Shown here one piece after another: positions 49,236 to 61,999 of a stretch of 64,000 nucleotides of DNA. Source of the DNA: Azolla caroliniana (taxonomy: Eukaryota; Plantae; Polypodiophyta); contig JBHGNT010000017.1 in assembly GCA_043228905.1 (NCBI GenBank), positions 5,022,001 to 5,086,000 of the forward strand, given 5' to 3'. How positions within the stretch are numbered: position 1 is the first letter of the stretch; the number at the start of each line of letters is the position of its first letter. Made by a program: the position numbers and the translations under genes. The notes beneath the pieces are model-generated. The model did no database searches, was not told the origin of the DNA, and worked only from the letters and a program-made list of their open reading frames with translations.

Positions 49236-51092
49236 CTGAACAGAGAAGAGTCCAACTTCGAGGCTGCAAACCTCATCCTACGCAAATGGTGCATGATCTT
49301 CGAATTCCAAGAACGGGGTCTTGCTTCAGGCCGTAAAGAGAATTTTTTAGTCGATAGACTGGCGACTTGTTCATCTCTGACTAGAAACCGGGAGGTTGGA
49401 TCATGTAGACCTATTCTTCAAGATCACCTTGAAGAAATTCATTCTTCACATCCATTTGGTGAAGATGTCACCCCTTTGCTGCAACAACTGTTAGCACCAC
49501 ACAAATCGTTGTCATCTTCACTACCGGAGTGAAAGTCTCGTCGTAGTCAATTCCATGGGTTTGCTCATATCCTTTCGCCACGACCCGTCCAGTTCTACGC
49601 TCCTCGACGTTCTCAATCGGCTTGCCTCCTCGTAAGGCCCAGTTGATTCGACTCCTCCGAATTGAACTCCTCTTTCGAATCGGCTGCCTCCGATTCATTC
49701 CAACTCTTGTCCAAATTGGTTGTCTCCATTTCGTCCTTCATCTTCAGGCCCCTCCATTTGGTGAAGATGTCACCTCTGTGCCGCAACAACTGTTAGCACC
49801 ACATGAATCGTCATCATCTTCACTACCAGAGCGAAAGTCACGTCATAGTCGATTCCATGGGTATGCGCATATCCTTTCACCACTAACTGGGGCTTGTACC
49901 TGTTGACCAAACCATCAACATTGTATTTCACCTTGAACATGCATTTGGAGCCAATTGGTTTGTAGTGTCGGGGAGGGTCCACCAGGTCCCATTTTTCATT
50001 GGCATCGAGTGCCTGCATCTCTTTGTCCATTGCGGCATGCCAATTCACATCTTTAACCACCTCTGCGTAGCTCTCCGGCTCACGCACTTCCGCCACCTTC
50101 GTCATGTACGCATAATGATACGCCATGTACTCATTATACCCATACCTCTCGTTTGCCGATTTCAAGGTCCTCTTGGCCGGCTGGGACTTCATTTGCGAAG
50201 GTCCGTCTTCGTTCCTTCTAGAGTTGGACTTCGTTCCTTTCGATCTGACTCTTCCCTACTGATGTCATATTCCGCCATCTTCTTCTTCCCGTTTCCTTTG
50301 GGTGTGAACTGTGTCCTCAGTTCCTTATGCAGGGAAAGCACGGTCGATTCTTCACTACTCGCCAGCTCTTCATCTGACTGGTCGACCCAACTCAATCACT
50401 CATTTGGCCCACCTAGCTAGAGTGAAATCAGACTCTCGTCCAGAGTCCCAAACTCTTCTTCTTCGTCTGCACGGATCGTTTCGAGCTCACTGGTCTCATC
50501 CTCCGGAATCGGGTCGGAGTCGGGAGAGAGTACCATGATGCCGACTCATCAAATTCAACATCTTGGCTCACTCGAACTTGTTTTGTTCAAGGGTTATAGC
50601 ACTTATAACCCTTTTGCTCATGTGAGTAGTCAACTTCCTCTGCTTCTCATCCAGTACATGCACATAGGAAATGCTACCAAATATCTTAAGGAGGCTTAAA
50701 TTTGGCTTCTGCCCTAAATATATCGCATGTGCTAATGCCTTATCCCCGATCCGGTGTTGGATGTAGACGGCCATCCGGACCACTTCGGCCCAGTAGAACT
50801 TGGGCATGCTCTTATCTTCTAGCATTAACCCGTTGTCGCGAAGTTTCACGCTCGCGTGCAGGAAGAGGCGGGATCACGAGGGTCTTGGACCAAGGAGAGA
50901 GTGAGAGAGAGAGAGAGTCCCAGACACACAGAAAGAAAATAAGAGCAAGAAACAGGAATCTGATTACTATAATCAGTAGCTTACAACTCAAACAGTTACA
51001 ACCGGCAAACCGGTAATGGACCTGACACGGGGTCCTACTCACGCACACAGACGGCAGCCACTCGACTCGAAGAAACAAAAAGGGACGGGGGG

Positions 51093-51125
<33 letters not shown>

Positions 51126-52408
51126 TTTGCTGGAAGCACACAGGCTGTCCATGAAGCGGAGGCAGCGAACTCTCGACACCCACAGAGAACAACGATCGGA
51201 GGAGAGAGAGCTCGGCACTCAGTTCGGCAGCAGCACTTCTTCCTCGCCAACGCGTGATACCCTTTCTTCCTTCTCTCCTTCCTTAAATAGTTTGCCGAGG
51301 GGAGACCCTTCTCCCCTAGTCAAATCGCTTTATTCCCTGTCCCTTTCGACAGAGATACTCACAAATCCCCAAATAAATGTGTACTACCTAATATTTACAT
51401 CAGCCGACCTAATTATGAATTATGTACAAAATATCAATTCTCGCATCCACCCATGTATGAGCCGGTTCATGCGCCTTTTCCTCCGAGTCCACCTGTGGCC
51501 GGTTTTCTTCACGACATCGTGCCGCCTCAACAATCGACCGATTCTTCCTTTTGGCCACACCGTTTTGTTCCGGTGTGTATCTACAACTGAATTCTCGTTG
51601 AATTCCCTTCTATTGCAAATAACTGTTGAATTGACCAGAAAAGTATTCTTTTCGGCCATCCGACCGTATGTACTTGATCTTTCTCTTCGATTCCCGTTTG
51701 ACAAGGCTTTGTAGGTTCTGGAAATAGTCGACGACTTCGCTTTTCTTTTCAATGAGATAGATCCACGTGTGTTGGCTATAGTTGTCGATGAAGGAGACGA
51801 AATATCGACTCCCGCCAAGACTAATGTTATGTGCTGGTCCCCACACATCCGAATGTATCAACTCAAACTTGTTACTGCTCTGGTTTCTTTCGTGGGGAAC
51901 GGAAGCCCATGTTGCTTCCCGAGTTGGCAAGCTTCACTGATTTGGGCCTTCCGGCCACCCTTTGCAAATAAAGTGGTGCCGACATCATTGGTTTTTAGGA
52001 TGAACATCATCCCGTCCCCTTGCACGATGACTTGGCCCTCTTCCTCGATGACGCACCTGAGGTGCATAAACCGCATCTACATCCCATGGTCAATGATATG
52101 CCTGACCGACACCAAGTTCTCTGTGATTGTCGGAATGTGGAGCACGTTCATAAGCTTCCCTTTTTGTCCAACATGAATCAATGGATCTTCTCCGACATGC
52201 ACAATCGGGTGAGGAGTGCCATCTTCGGTTTCAACAACTCTTGGTTGCTCCGGCTTTTCTAGAAACGAGAACCCCTCTTCGTGGCTCGTCATCTGGTTAG
52301 ACGTTCCAGAGTCAACATACCACACTTCCTCCAGCACTCGTTTTCTCGGTGGCCCTTTTCGTCACAATATCTTCTGATCCGGATCCAATTGAGCTTGCCC
52401 ACTCAACA
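49236..52408 (-). mobile_element. Copia-4, heavily deleted and scrambled, with an LTR tip at 52376-52408
   Basis: Protease WYVDSGTSNQMT, integrase HSDVWGP. The RT N-terminal block occurs twice (about 49460-49580 and 49755-49880). Many short deletions. Confidence 0.8.
50834..51516 (-). mobile_element. Solo LTR, family D of the 4-bp-TSD Gypsy lineage
   Basis: TGTCGCG...CACGACA ends. TSD CCGT (50830-50833) / TCGT (51517-51520). Shares the GCGGGA.CACG.GGGTCTTGGAC motif with family A. Confidence 0.88.
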
Positions 52409-55400
52409 AGCTAATTAACTACCACTCTTGATATTGCCTAGCTAATTAGCTACTAGACTATGGATTGGCAGTAGCTAATTAGCTACATCTTAGCTAATTA
52501 GCTATTCTACTTAAGTATGATAGTAGCTAATTAGCTACCACTTAGCTAATTAACTACATTGTACCCAATTAGCTCCTACACTAATTAGCTATTCTTCTTA
52601 ACTATGCAAGTAGCTAATTAGCTACCACTCTTGATATTGCTTAGTTAATTAGTTGCTAGACTATAGATTTACAGTAGCTAATTAGCTACATCTTAGCTAA
52701 TTAGTTATTCTTCTTAAGTATGGTATTAGCGAATTAGCTACCACTTAGCTAATTAGCTACATTGTAGCTAATTAGCTGCTAGACTATAGGTTGGTAGTAG
52801 CTAATTAGCTACATCTTAGTTGAAAAGAATTGCGTGCGGAAGCAATATAGAAAACTTAACAACAGAAAACGCAGGTTTAATGGAAATCTTAGGTTTGCAC
52901 AGTACGCTCAGGAGGGACAGAGAGAGAGTAAACACAAGAACTTAATTCAAAAACTAATACTCAATCTGTACATAGGATGTGCTCACTGAGCACTTTTATA
53001 CAAGCCCTGACAATTGGGCTGACACAAGTACTGACAATACTTGACTACTCATAAATGAGCCTCGACTCTTACTCCCAAAACTATTCCTTATGACGAATAT
53101 CTTTCTAACGGCCTTTCGGTTTACGCACCGATACGGCCTTCCTACGCAACGGTTTTCGTACTGGTCCAGCCTAACCGATCGGTCCCAACCAATCTGGTCC
53201 TCGACTTGCTCAGCCGATCCGGCCGATGTTGAGCTTGTCTCTCAACACTCCCCCTCAAGCTCAACATGAGGCTCTTCAGGATCTTCCGGGTCACTGCTCC
53301 GGTTCCTCCTGGCTCCACGCCTCGCTCGCGCTCCTCGGCCTGTTCGACTCCGTGTGCTTCGACCCTTCCGGTCAATACGGCCATTCACAACTCCCTTGTT
53401 GTCGCGGTGTTGGTGCTTCTCCTACTGCCTTCTTTTCTGCTTGGCTCGCCCTCGATTGATTCAGTGTATCTGAATCAAACACTCGAACCGACTCGGCTAC
53501 CTCCGATCGGTTTTCGCTCTCGTCCGAGTTGGCTGTCTCCAACTCGTCTTCCGTTTTCTCGCCTTTGACGGCATCATCTCCCCCATGCTTGGTTGGCTTT
53601 GGCTCTTTCTTCCTGCTGCTCTCCTTATGTCTGCTTTCAGACTCTTCCGTGGATCCGCCCTCGGCTTCTTTAGCCGATCTGAAATCGAATTCGTCATCCG
53701 ACTCGGCGTTGCGGTCTTCTCCGCTCCTTTCCTGCTTCCTTCCACAGTCATTCGGGATGTCTCTCCCCCTCAAGGTTGGCACGTCGAGGTGACGCAAACC
53801 AAGCACACCCGAGAATTGCCGCAACTTGTCCAGACCAAGGGGCTTGGTGAAGATGTCGGTAGTTTGCCGATTCGTCGGAACATACTGATGTTCGACTTCA
53901 CCAAAAAGGACACGCTCATGGACAAAATGGTAGTGCACCTCAATGTGTTTGGTTCGTGCGTGGAAAACGGGGTTCTTAGCGAGCTGGATGCTGTTGAGGT
54001 TGTCGCAGTAGATCGTCGTTGGATGGGACACCTCCTCTTGCAGGTCCTTAAGTAGCCGCTTCAACCATATGGCTTCGCATGCTACGACAACTGCTCCTCT
54101 ATACTCAGCTTCGGTGCTCGACAGTGCAATTGTCGGCTGCTTCTTACTGCTCCACGCTATCACGGCACTCCCAAGAGAGAACACGTATCCGGACATGGAT
54201 CGGCGATCGGCGGGGTTGCCAGCCCAATCAACATCAGTGTAGCTGACCGACTGTGAGGCCGTACCGGTCCGGTATAGCAATCCCCGGTCCCTAGTGCCGC
54301 TTATGTACCGCAGTACGCGTTGCACACACTGGAGGTGCTCCTTGGTAGGTCGCACCATAAACTGACTGATCACCCCGATTGGATAACTGAGATCGGGTCG
54401 GGTGATTGTCAAGTAAATAAGGCTTCCGAAAAATTGTCAGAACCTCGTTGGGTCACATACCTTTCCTAAATTGGGGCGAAGCTTGACAGTTCTATCAAGA
54501 GGAGTCGAGACGGACTTACAGTCTGCCATCCTGAATTTGAAGAGCATATACAACGCATAATAGCCTTGTCTGATCAATATGCCTTCGAGGTTATGGATCA
54601 CTTCGATCCCGAGGAAGTAATGAAGATCCCCCAGATCCTTCATGTCAAACAATGCCACAAGCTGGAGCTTCACGCGGTTGATTTCACCTAGGTCGGCGTC
54701 GGTGATGACCAAGTCATCAACGTAGAGTAAAATACCTACCGGCCCGAGTCGACCTTTCCGAACAAACAGTGAGGAATCCGATTTTGACGTCGCAAAGCCC
54801 ATCCAACACAGTCGATGCGTGATCTTCGCGTTCCAGGCACGCAAGGCTTGCTTCAGTCCGGAAAGAGACTTCTTCAATCGGCACACTATCGACGTGTTCG
54901 TTCCAGAGTGAAATTCGGGGGGTTGTACCATGTACACTTGTTCCTCAAGCTCACCTTGCAGGAACGCATTCTTTACATCCATCTGATGTAAGTGCCACCT
55001 CTTGGCTGCGGGTACCACGAGCAAAACACGAACGGTTGTCATCTTCGCAACTGGTGCAAACGTCTCATCGTAGTCGATGTCGTGTTTCTGCGCGTGGCCT
55101 TTTGCTACTAACCGGGCCTTGTATAGGTTGACCGAGCCGTCGGTGTTGTACTTGACCTTGTACACCCACCTACATCCGATTGGCTTCACACCCTTTGGTA
55201 TGTCAACCAGGTCCCAGTTCTTGTTTTCCGCCAATGCGTGCATCTCTTCCTCCATCGCGGCGCGCCAATTCGCGTCCTTAGCCGCTTCTGCGTAGCTCTC
55301 CGGCTCACGCACTTCTGCTACACAGGTCATGTACGCATAATGAAGCGCCATGTACTCGTTGTATCCGAACCGCACAACTGGGTTCTTCTGGCGGGTAGAT

Positions 55401-58400
55401 CGGCGTAATCATTCATTAGCCAATGTCGAGGTCTTCTCGGCCGACGCAGACTTCGCTCTTGAAGACCCGTCACCGCTTCCCTCGAAGTCGGACTCGCGTC
55501 GGTCTAACTCGTTCCTATCTGTCCCAAAATCCGACACCTTCTTCTTCCCTTTCTCTTTGCGTGTAAGCCTTCTCCTCGGCTTCCTGCGCGGGGAATGTAC
55601 GTCCGAGTCTCCACTACTCGCCGGCTCTTCATCAAACTGGTTGTACCGACTCAGTCGTTCATTCGGTCCACTTAACCGAAATGAAATCGGACTCCATTCA
55701 GGGGTCCCAATTTCCGGCTCAGCCAGAGGCACCTCGGCCTCACTGTCCTCATCGTCAGAACTCAGATTGGAGCTGAGGTCCGGAGTCGGCGGGAAGCACA
55801 AGGACGCGGACTCATTAAACACAACATCACGGCTCACGCGCGCTTGTTTGGTACGCAGGTTATAGCACTTATAACCCTTCTGCTCGTCCGAATAGCCGAC
55901 CAAGATACACTTCTCAGCTTTCGCGTCCAACTTCCTCCTTTTCTCCTTCGGCACATGCACATACGCAATGCTACTGAAAACCCGTAAGCGTCGCAACTTG
56001 GGCCTCGTTCCGAAATAGAGCTCGTGCACCGACACTTGATCTCCGATCCGATTCTGGATGTATACCGCGGTCCATACCGCCTCGGCCCAGTAGAACTTGG
56101 GCAAGCTCTTCTCTTCCAACATTGCCTGTGCCGCTTCCACAACCGACTGATTTTTCCTCTTGGCCACATCGTTTTGCTCCGGCGTGTATCTACAACTAAA
56201 TTCGTGCCGAATTCCCATCTGTTGTAGATAAGCGTTGAATTGACTGGAAAAGTATTCTTTTCCGCCATCCGACCGCAGGCACTTGATCTTTCTTCCTGTT
56301 TCCGTTTCCACGAACTCTTTGAGGTCCCAGAAACAGTCAAAGACTTCGCTCTTCCTCTCGATGAGGTAGATCCATGTGTGCCGCGTGTAGTCGTCGATGA
56401 AGGAGACGAAATATCGGCTCCCGCCAAGACTAACGTTTTGTGCCGGCCCCCACACATCGGAGTGTATCAAGTCGAGCTTGTTCCGGCTCCAGTTACACTT
56501 GTTGGGGAAGGGAAGTCGGTGTTGCTTCCCAAGCTGGCAAGCTTCACAAATTTGTGCCTTCCGGCCACTAATTTGGGCAATCCAAACACCACTTGTTTCA
56601 ATTGCAGGTCTTGAAGCCGCTGGTAGTTGACGTGGCCTATCCGCTTGTGCCCTAAGTCGATGTCCGACTCGACTTTTTGTCCCTTCGCGAACATTGCGGT
56701 GCCACCGTCAGTAGAGTCGAGGATGAACATCCTCCCATCTCTGCGCCCTTGCGCAATAATACGGCCTTCTTCCTCAATGAAGCACCCAAGGTGTGTAAAC
56801 CGAACCTGCATCCCCTGGTCGACGATATGACCGACCGACACCAGATTCTTCATGATGGTCGGGCCATGTAACACGTTCATAAGTTTCCCTTTCTGCCCGA
56901 CATGGCTCAAGGGAACTTCACCGACATTCGCGATCGGATGCGGAGTGTCGTCTCCAGTTGCAACTACTCCTGGTTGCGTCGGTTTCTCAAGATATGAGAA
57001 CCACTCCTCATGGCATGTCATGTGGTTTGACACACCGTAGTCGATGTACCACACCTCGTCCGATTTCGGGGTGGACTGCTTCATTGAGTTTGCTTCGTGT
57101 CTCGTCACGAAGACTGGCCGTTTTCCGGCTTCCTCGGATCTTTCGGCGTAGTACGATCGTTGCCGGTTTCCTTTGTCGATATGTCCGGAACCAGATTTGG
57201 AACCGGTCCTCTCCGGCTCGGCGTGCTTTTTCCAGCACTCGCTCTCCCTGTGGCCTTTCTTGCCACAGTACCAGCATTCCGCGGCGGGTTTCCCTTGCCG
57301 GTTCTCATCGCCTCGACTCCGCCTGTTTCCAGAGGATTCGGAGTTGCTGTCGGCATCACTTCGGTGCCTTCTTCCTTGATCTCGTCAGCCGCCTCCATTG
57401 CGCACCTACTTGCCTCATCCGCCACGACCACGGGGCCTATCTCCCTCTGTGTACAACATCTTGTTGTCGGCATGCGTGCTTGTGAACGCACCCGCGTGGT
57501 TCTCCTCTATAAGGAGCATCGACTGTAAGTTGAAAAAGGATGGCATATTCTCTCGGGTACACACAGCAATTCGGAACGCCCCGAACTTCGACGCCAAACC
57601 CCCGAGACAGACCTGAACCATCTTGCTTTCCTCGATGTTCACATCGATGGAAGCTAAGGAGTCGCATATGTCCTTAATCCTCGAGGTATAGTCAGCCACT
57701 GACAAATCGCGTTGCCGTAGGTTGCTCAACTCCTGTCGGAGCTGAAGCTTCCTGGCTGTGGTGCTCACGGCGAAAATCTTCTTCAGATTTTCCCACACAC
57801 ACTTCGGCGTTTTTGCATCCCGAACATAGCTTAACAGTTGTTCCCCCACACAAGACACGAAACAGTATAGCACTCTACTCGCCGATTGTTCCCACGCCAG
57901 GAAGTCTTTGTGTGTCGAATCGGGTGCTGTGTCATTTGCTCCATCGACATAGCTCTAGTAACCGTGTCCGAGCAGGTACTGGTGCATCTTGTAAGACCAA
58001 GACGCATAGTTGTTTCTGTCGAGCTTCTCCGTCGAAAGCGAGCTAGCCATTCCTCTGTCCATCGGTTTTCTTGTTCTTCTTAGTTGGTTTTCGCTTCAAG
58101 CAAAGTCGACTGCAGAGGTTCTCAACCCTCGCGCTCTGATACCATGAAAACAATTGCTTGCGGAGGCAATATAGAAAACTTAACAACAAAAAACGTAGGT
58201 TTAATCGAAAGCTTAGGTTTGCACAGTACGCACAGGAGAGACAAAGAGAGAGTAAACACAATAACTTAATTCAAAAAATAATACTCAATCTGTACATAGG
58301 ATGTGCTCAGTGAGCACTTTTATACAAGCCTTGACAATTGGGCTGACACAAGGACTGACAGTACTTGACTACTCATAAATGAGCCTCGACTCTCGACTCT

Positions 58401-59040
58401 TACTCCCAAAACTATTCCTTATGAGGAATATCTTTCTAACGGCCTTTCGGTTTACGCACCGATACGGCCTTCCTACGCAACGGTTTGTGTACCGGTTTAC
58501 GCATCCGTTTTACGCACCGGTCCAGCCTAACCGATCGGTCCCAACCAATCCGGTCCTCGGCTTGCTCAACTAATCCGGCCGATGTTGAGCTTGTCTCTCA
58601 ACATTAGTTAATTAGCTATTCTTCTTAACTATGTTAGTAGCTAATTAGCTACCACTCTTGATATTGCTTAGCTAATTAGCTACTAGACTATAGATTGGCA
58701 TTAGCTAATTAGACACATCTTGGCTAATTAGCTATTCTACTTAAGTACGATAGTAACTAATTTTCTACATCTTGGCTAATTAGTTATTGTACTTAAGTAT
58801 GGCAATAACTAATTAACTACCACTCTTGATACTGCTTATCTAAGCAGTATAAAATTACATTGTAGCTAACTAGCTACTACAATAGCTAATTAGCTACTAC
58901 ACTTTATACGACTTTGCTAATTACCTATGTTGTAGCTAATTAGCTACTACACTACTGAACCATAACAACTAAATAGCTACCACACTTTATACAACTTAGC
59001 TAATTAGCTAAGATATAACTAATTAGCTACTAAACTATAG
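52409..59040. repeat. Degenerate tandem array of the palindrome TAGCTAATTAGCTA (52409-52820 and 58609-59040), split by Copia-5
   Basis: Dozens of copies with short variable spacers on both sides of Copia-5. Confidence 0.92.
52821..58603 (-). mobile_element. Copia-5, full-length degenerate element
   Basis: LTRs 52821-53247 and 58145-58603. TSD TTAGT (52816-52820, 58604-58608). Met PBS 58133-58144. PPT 53248-53255. gag ATG at 58050, Zn knuckle CWYCGKKGH, protease, integrase, RT YVDD, RNase H, with frameshifts. Confidence 0.95.
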
Positions 59041-61541
59041 AGAAAGCAACAATTTTACTTGTCAATTTTCTCCACTCATCTGGGAGAGTTGTATTGCAAT
59101 CCCCCAAACAGACTGCAGCAATGCGAAAGGCATATTGAAAACAAACGATATGGTATGTGTGTTGGCATGGTCGTAGGTGTACCAACAGAGTAGTAGTTTT
59201 TTCCTTTACACCTAAGCCACACTATATCATTGCCTGGTTCTCCTTCATTTGGTAAGGGAGCAAGAATGTTGACATCCAATTCTTGTATTCTCCTTACCAT
59301 CCCCTCCACAAAATGTAGTTGCTTCTTAAGGCAGCTAACTACCTGTTCTTGACGGGAGTATTGTTCCTAGAACACAACCGAGAAATTTACCGATTTATCA
59401 TTCCTTAATGAGGAAGATAGAACAACAAGAAACAAGAATCATTAACTTACTTGGAGGTTCTCCGAATTGTAATCATCGACAGTATTTACACCTAGAATGT
59501 TCAGGTTCATTGAAAGAACCTGGATTTGTGTCTGCAGTTGTATTTTCTACTGGGGATCCAACGGCCCCTCAATTTCGAGCTCATGTTGAGAAACCTGTTC
59601 CAGATAATGCCTCACTAAGCACATTTTCTTGTAGAAGTTATTTATAACATGTTACATACTAGCAAAACAATAGCTACATGAATCTTATTTTTTATTGTTG
59701 TCACTGCCAAAGTGACTTTGCTCTCCATCACAACAACCAATGTCGCTTTCTCTAAATCAGGCTTTGTTGCCTCCAATGTCTCCTAGGCTTCATGGACATT
59801 TTTCCCCATATAGCTAATCAATGTCTCACCTGTATCATTGACATTGGCTTTCATTGTGTTTTGGTGTGGTGTAAACTTGCGGGTTTGTTGGGAGTCGGTA
59901 GTTGCATCATCAACTGCCATGCTCCAGAATCTTGCCATTTTTTGTTGCAAACTCCCCATCTTCCGGCATCGTTCTACCTATGCCTCACGATAAATTGCCC
60001 AAGCTACCCTGTACATTTCAGGGTCCGTTGCTTCCTTCGTTGTTTTGCAATACTCATATGCAAAAGTTGTGGCGAATGCAACGAACATGTCATTGTTGAC
60101 CGAGATCTCTTGATGTACTTTCTAGTGGAGCCTCATGCAGTTGTCATACAACTCCGGTCGTACATGCTTGACCTTCACCTTGCCTTTCACTCTGGGCACT
60201 TTATACACTAACAACCAATCTACATCACTAATCAATTTATCTGTTACAACAGTAGGGTCAATACCCTCTAGCGATAGACCATATATGTTGTTAAAGTCCT
60301 CTGTTGTCTTGTAAAACTTTGCAAAGTTCAGCACTCTAGGATATGGAGGATCGAGCCACCTAAAATAAAAAATCAATACATGTTACCTCTGCTCTACTGG
60401 GACATGTGTATTTAGAACCATAATTGGTAGGGAAGAATCAAAAATAAAAAATCAACCACATTCACTCAAATCCTAAATCAAGTTTGGGGGAAGTTTGCAG
60501 GCACAACCATTGAAATCAGAAATGTGAATTGGTGCAAAATCCAACACTAAATCTGAAATTTTCAACAAGAATTAGAAATCAACCACTTAAAAATAAAAAA
60601 CCTTAATCAAAAACCCTAATCATAAATCAACTGCTTCAGGGAATCAGAAACCCTAATCTGAAATATATGTATGAAATCGACCCTAATCATAATTGGTAGG
60701 GAAGAATCAAACATAAAAAATCAGCCACATTCACCCAAATCCTAAATCAAGTTTGGGAGAAGTTACAGACACACAACCATTGAAATCAGAAATGTGAATT
60801 GATGCAAAATTCCAACACTAAATCTGAAATTTTCAACAGTTATTAGAAATCAACCGCTTAAAAAATCAAAAACCCTAATAAAAAACCTTAATAAGAAACC
60901 CTAATAAAAAATCCACCACTTAAAGCAATCAGAAACCCTAATTTGAAATATGTATGAAATCAACCCTAAGCAGAATTTTTGTCAATCAGAAACACACCTA
61001 CTGATACACCCCGATCTTCAAGACATCCTTGTTTGGGACTCCAATGACTTCACCCTAATCATTTTTTATAAAAGATGAACATGCAACAAAGTTACAGTTA
61101 TTAGAAAGGAAAAAAAAAGATTTTTTAATGTGTAACTAATACATACCTAGACGAGGGTCGAACTGGTGGTGTGTTGTAGCTCTAAAGGTGCAATGTCAAT
61201 ACGAGAATTTTTGTGCTGCTTCGGGAGCTTTGTCTACGTTCATGCTCAAAGTACTCCATCTATTTGGATTTCGAACTCAAACTCACCCTAAACAGGAATT
61301 TGGTGGCATTCAAGTAAAGTTTAGATGAGGGCATTATTCCCCAAGTTCCACTACATCAGAAACCAAAGTTCAAAATTTTTAGTATTCTCATAAATTAAAT
61401 GATATGTATTTAAATTAGATGTATTTAACTAATAAAGCATAAAATTTCGTAAATGATCCTTATGATTTGCCCACAAAAAACTAGCTAAACAAATAGTTAA
61501 ATAGTTATGGCCATTTTAGTAGCTAATTAGCAATAATAGTG
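59041..61541 (-). mobile_element. Probable CACTA DNA transposon end carrying a degenerate spliced ORF
   Basis: The minus strand from 61541 reads CACTATTATTGCTAATTAGCTAC, i.e. a CACTA terminus next to the array motif. Exon-like ORF pieces at 59076-60376 and about 60995-61243 with GT/AG borders and stops. Confidence 0.55.
60420..60975. repeat. Tandem duplication of about 270 bp, rich in AAACCCTAA motifs
   Basis: The unit ATAATTGGTAGGGAAGAATCAAA... starts at about 60420 and again at about 60689. Confidence 0.88.
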
Positions 61542-61999
61542 TTTCCACTCGCATGCTTTTACCCTTGTATATTCTAGCATATATACATTCCAAAATATTC
61601 TAGAGCCTTTAGTGTATTCTAGAAATATTCTATGGTGTATTCTAGATGGGTATAATCTAGATATATTTGTCAAGTATATTGTAGAGATACTCAATCTCAA
61701 AACTTGTATAAATACATGTAACCTCCTTGGTCCCTTTTAGGGGATTCAACACCAGTCATTGACAAATCAATCTAGTAATCTCGACTCGCCCCATCTTGTC
61801 TCCTTGATCTTTATCTCTATCTTCATTCTCTTGTGTCGTTTCTGGCGTCTTAAGTTTATCGTCTCGTCGCTCGCAACTTCCCAAGTTTCTAGCCTCGTTG
61901 CTTCTAGTTCCAAGTTCATAGCCTTATAAGTCGTCGTCTGTTGCTCATAGCCCCATCATCCATGCTCCATCTGAGTCCGCATTTGGTATGTCTGTGACA
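61542..61999 (+). mobile_element. Partial Gypsy-type LTR ending TGTGACA, abutting a Copia RT fragment
   Basis: TATA-like TATAAATA, CT-rich 3' part, ends GTGACA directly before Copia TPLD.NLKL. Confidence 0.5.

Noticed and set aside
39961-52408. One intact Copia from 39961 to 52408
   Set aside because: Flanks (CTGAC versus AGCTA) are not a TSD, and protease, integrase and RT domains occur twice, so two broken elements are involved.
52409-59040. CRISPR-like array
   Set aside because: Repeats are 14-bp degenerate palindromes with short recurring spacers, there are no cas genes, and the context is eukaryotic.
60590-60975. Interstitial telomere
   Set aside because: AAACCCTAA motifs are dispersed, not a tandem (TTTAGGG)n array.
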